Of a DNA stretch of 64,000 nucleotides, positions 61,636 through 64,000 are shown in pieces (within the stretch, counting starts at the first letter, position 1; every line of letters begins with the position of its first letter). The position numbers and the translations under genes were made by a program. The DNA is from Octopus vulgaris (Eukaryota), in the NCBI GenBank assembly GCA_951406725.2, contig OX597827.1:30008001-30072000 (forward strand), given 5' to 3'. The notes under the pieces are model-generated. The model saw only the letters and a list, made by a program, of their open reading frames with translations. It was not told where the DNA came from and did no database searches.

Positions 61636-63083
61636 TCTACTCTAGGCACAAGGCTCGAAATTTTGGGGGAGAGAGGGCCAGTCGATTAGATCGAACCCAG
61701 TACGCAATTGATACTTAATTCATCGACCCCGAAAGGATGAAAGGCAAAGTCGACCTCGGCAGAATTTGAATTCAGAACGTAAAGACAGACGAAATACCGC
61801 TCAGCATTTCACCTGGCGTGCTAACGTTTCTGTCAGCTCGCCGCTTTACTGGGGGAAAATATCCTTTTCTGCTCTAGGCACAAAGCCTGAAATTTGGGGG
61901 GAGGGGGCCAGTCGATTAGATTGACCCCAGTACGCATCTGGTATTTAATTTATCGGCCCCGAAAGAATGAAAGACAGAGTCAAAAATACTTGCTGTTTGA
62001 TAATTTAAAACTGCTGTACAGACAAGAACCTCCTTACACCATGTAAATTGTACTTTTTTTTACATGAATGCATTCCTTCCACTTGTAATTATTTGTCTTC
62101 CATTTTTCTGTTATATATTACATTATTGTCCACAGGGGGCTAAATATAGACGGGACAAACAAAGGGATTAAGTTGATTATATCGACCCCAGTGCGTAACT
62201 GGTACTTATTTAATTGACCACTACAGGATGAAAGGCAAAGTCGACCTCGGCGGAATTTTGAACTCAGAACGTAGCAATAGACGAAATACTGCTAAGCATT
62301 ACGCCCGGCGCGATAACGATTCTGCCAGCTTGCTGCCTTAATAAGTATTATAATATTTATCTCTTTAATGCCCATGGGATGGGGGCTAAATATAGAGGGA
62401 ACACACAAGGACAGACAACGAGATTAAGTCGATTATATCGACACCAGTGTATAACTGGTACTTATTTAATTGACCACGAAAGAATGAAAGGCAAAGTCGA
62501 CCTCGGCAGAATTTGAACTCAGAACGTAACGGCAGACGAAATCCCGTTAAGCATTTCGCCCGGCGTGCTAATGTTTCTTATTTCTTTACTGCCCACAAGG
62601 GGCTAAACGCAGGGGGGACAAAGAAGGACAGACAAACGGATTAAGTCGATTATATCGACACCAGTGCGTAACAGGTACTTATTTAATCGACCCCAAAAGG
62701 ATGAAAGAGGCAAAGTCGACCTCGGCGGAATTTGAACTCAGAACGTAGCGACAGACGAAATACCTATTTCTTTACTACCCACAAGGGGCTAAACACAGAG
62801 AGGACAAACAAGGATAGAAAAACAGATTAAGTCGATTACATCGACCCCAGTGTGTAACTGGTACTTATTTAATCGACCCCGAAAGGATGAAAGGCAAAGT
62901 CGACCTCGGCGAAATTTGAACTCAGAACGTAGCAGCAGACGAAATACCTATTTCTTTACTGCCCACAAGGGGCTAAACATAGAGTGGACAAACAAGGACA
63001 GACAAACGGATTAAGTCGATTTGAACTCACAACGTAACGGCATTTCGTCCAGCGTGCTAACGATTCTGTCAGCTCGCCGCCTT
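61636..63083 (-). mobile_element. Head-to-tail array of ~7 family A SINE units
   Basis: Repeated atgaaaggcaaagtcgacctcggc..gaactcagaacgt cores. Units start near 61636, 61866, 62118, 62360, 62579, 62765 and 62949. Confidence 0.85.
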
Positions 63084-63599
63084 AGCCTGCTCATGAAATT
63101 AACATGCAAATGGCTGAACACTCTACAGACACACGTACTCTTAATCTAGTTCTCGGGAGGATTCAGCGTGACATGATGTGGCAAGTTTGGCTCTAGCTGA
63201 CAGAATCGTTACCGCGATTAATGCGTAGCAGCATTCCGTCCGTCTTTACGTTCTGAAAGTTCAAATGCCTCCGAGATTGACTTTACCTTTCATCCTCTCG
63301 AGGTCGATAAAATAAGTACCAGTAGTACCCTGCCCCGAAACAGATGGCTTTGTGCCACAATTTGAAGCCGATATTCCGCAGAACTATCATTGCTTACGAT
63401 ACTGTGTAGTAGCTTCAAAGCAGAATAGGCTTCCCTCCACAAACCCATTGGTGCCGAAATTTTTCTCGTGAATGAAATTGCCTGAAAATTCACAGATTCT
63501 ATTGTTTTGACCTAAATAACAACTGCAAAAATTTCATTTAAATCCGTTTGATAGAGACTGCATACGCGTTAAGAACATGCTTCATTCTTTGATACAGAT

Positions 63600-63960
63600 C
63601 TTTTACTCTTTTACTTGCTTCAGTCATTTGACTGCGGCCATGCTGGAGCACCGCCTTTAGTCGAGCAAATCGACCCCAGGACTTATTCTTTGTAAGCCTA
63701 GTACTTATTCTATCGGTCTCTTTGGCCGAACCGCTATGTTATGGGGACGTAAACACACCAGCATCGGTTGTCAAGCGATGTTGGGGGGGGGACAAAAAAG
63801 ACACAAACATATACATATACTATGGGCTTCTTTCTGTTTCCCTCTACCAAATCCACTCACAAGACTTTGGTCGGCCCGAGGCTATAGAAGAAAACACTTG
63901 CCCAAGGTGCCACGCAGTGGGACTGAACCCGGAACCATGTGGTTGGTTAGCATGCTACTT
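63600..63960 (-). mobile_element. SINE family B, interrupted in its tRNA head at 63960
   Basis: Near-identical to 14215-14688 and broken at the same base (..gctactt|). Confidence 0.85.
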
Positions 63961-64000
63961 TATTTCATATAATTTGCCATTTAGGCATTTACAAAGAGGG
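63961..64000 (-). mobile_element. 3' end of a retroelement related to 14689-16981
   Basis: tatttcatataatttgccat versus tatttcattttatttgccat at 14689. Confidence 0.65.

Noticed and set aside
61636-63083. CRISPR-like repeat/spacer appearance
   Set aside because: Units are ~120-220-bp SINE copies also dispersed elsewhere; eukaryotic context with no cas genes.

Overview
This is animal genomic DNA: AT-rich, intron-containing and saturated with (TA)n, (GATA)n, (CATA)n and (TTA)n microsatellites. The SINE and LINE repertoire looks molluscan, probably octopus-like (inference). One complete host gene can be assembled on +, with exons 25745-25864, 26676-26964 and 38933-54814. It encodes a ~5,400-aa secreted protein: signal peptide, a degenerate AA15/chitin-binding type-4 (LPMO-like) domain without the copper His brace, five 6-Cys modules, an Arg/Ile block, a ~13-kb Pro/Thr mucin stalk (frameshifts, 100-N gap), N-glycosylation repeats and an Arg-rich tail. 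The first exon of a probable second secreted-protein gene starts at 61378. The rest is mobile DNA: a near-intact Tx1/L1-clade LINE in (GATA)n; an ORF1-only Tx1 derivative inserted with a 15-bp TSD into a SINE tRNA head, with a second insertion at the same base at 63960; several R4/Dong-like LINEs in (TAA)n; a Penelope-like RT; a Helitron remnant; a Tc1 element; a probable solo LTR; tRNA-derived SINEs, one sharing its 3' tail with the Tx1 LINE; and at least 8 hammerhead-ribozyme motifs in Penelope-type repeats. All calls are by eye, with no database searches or folding runs.
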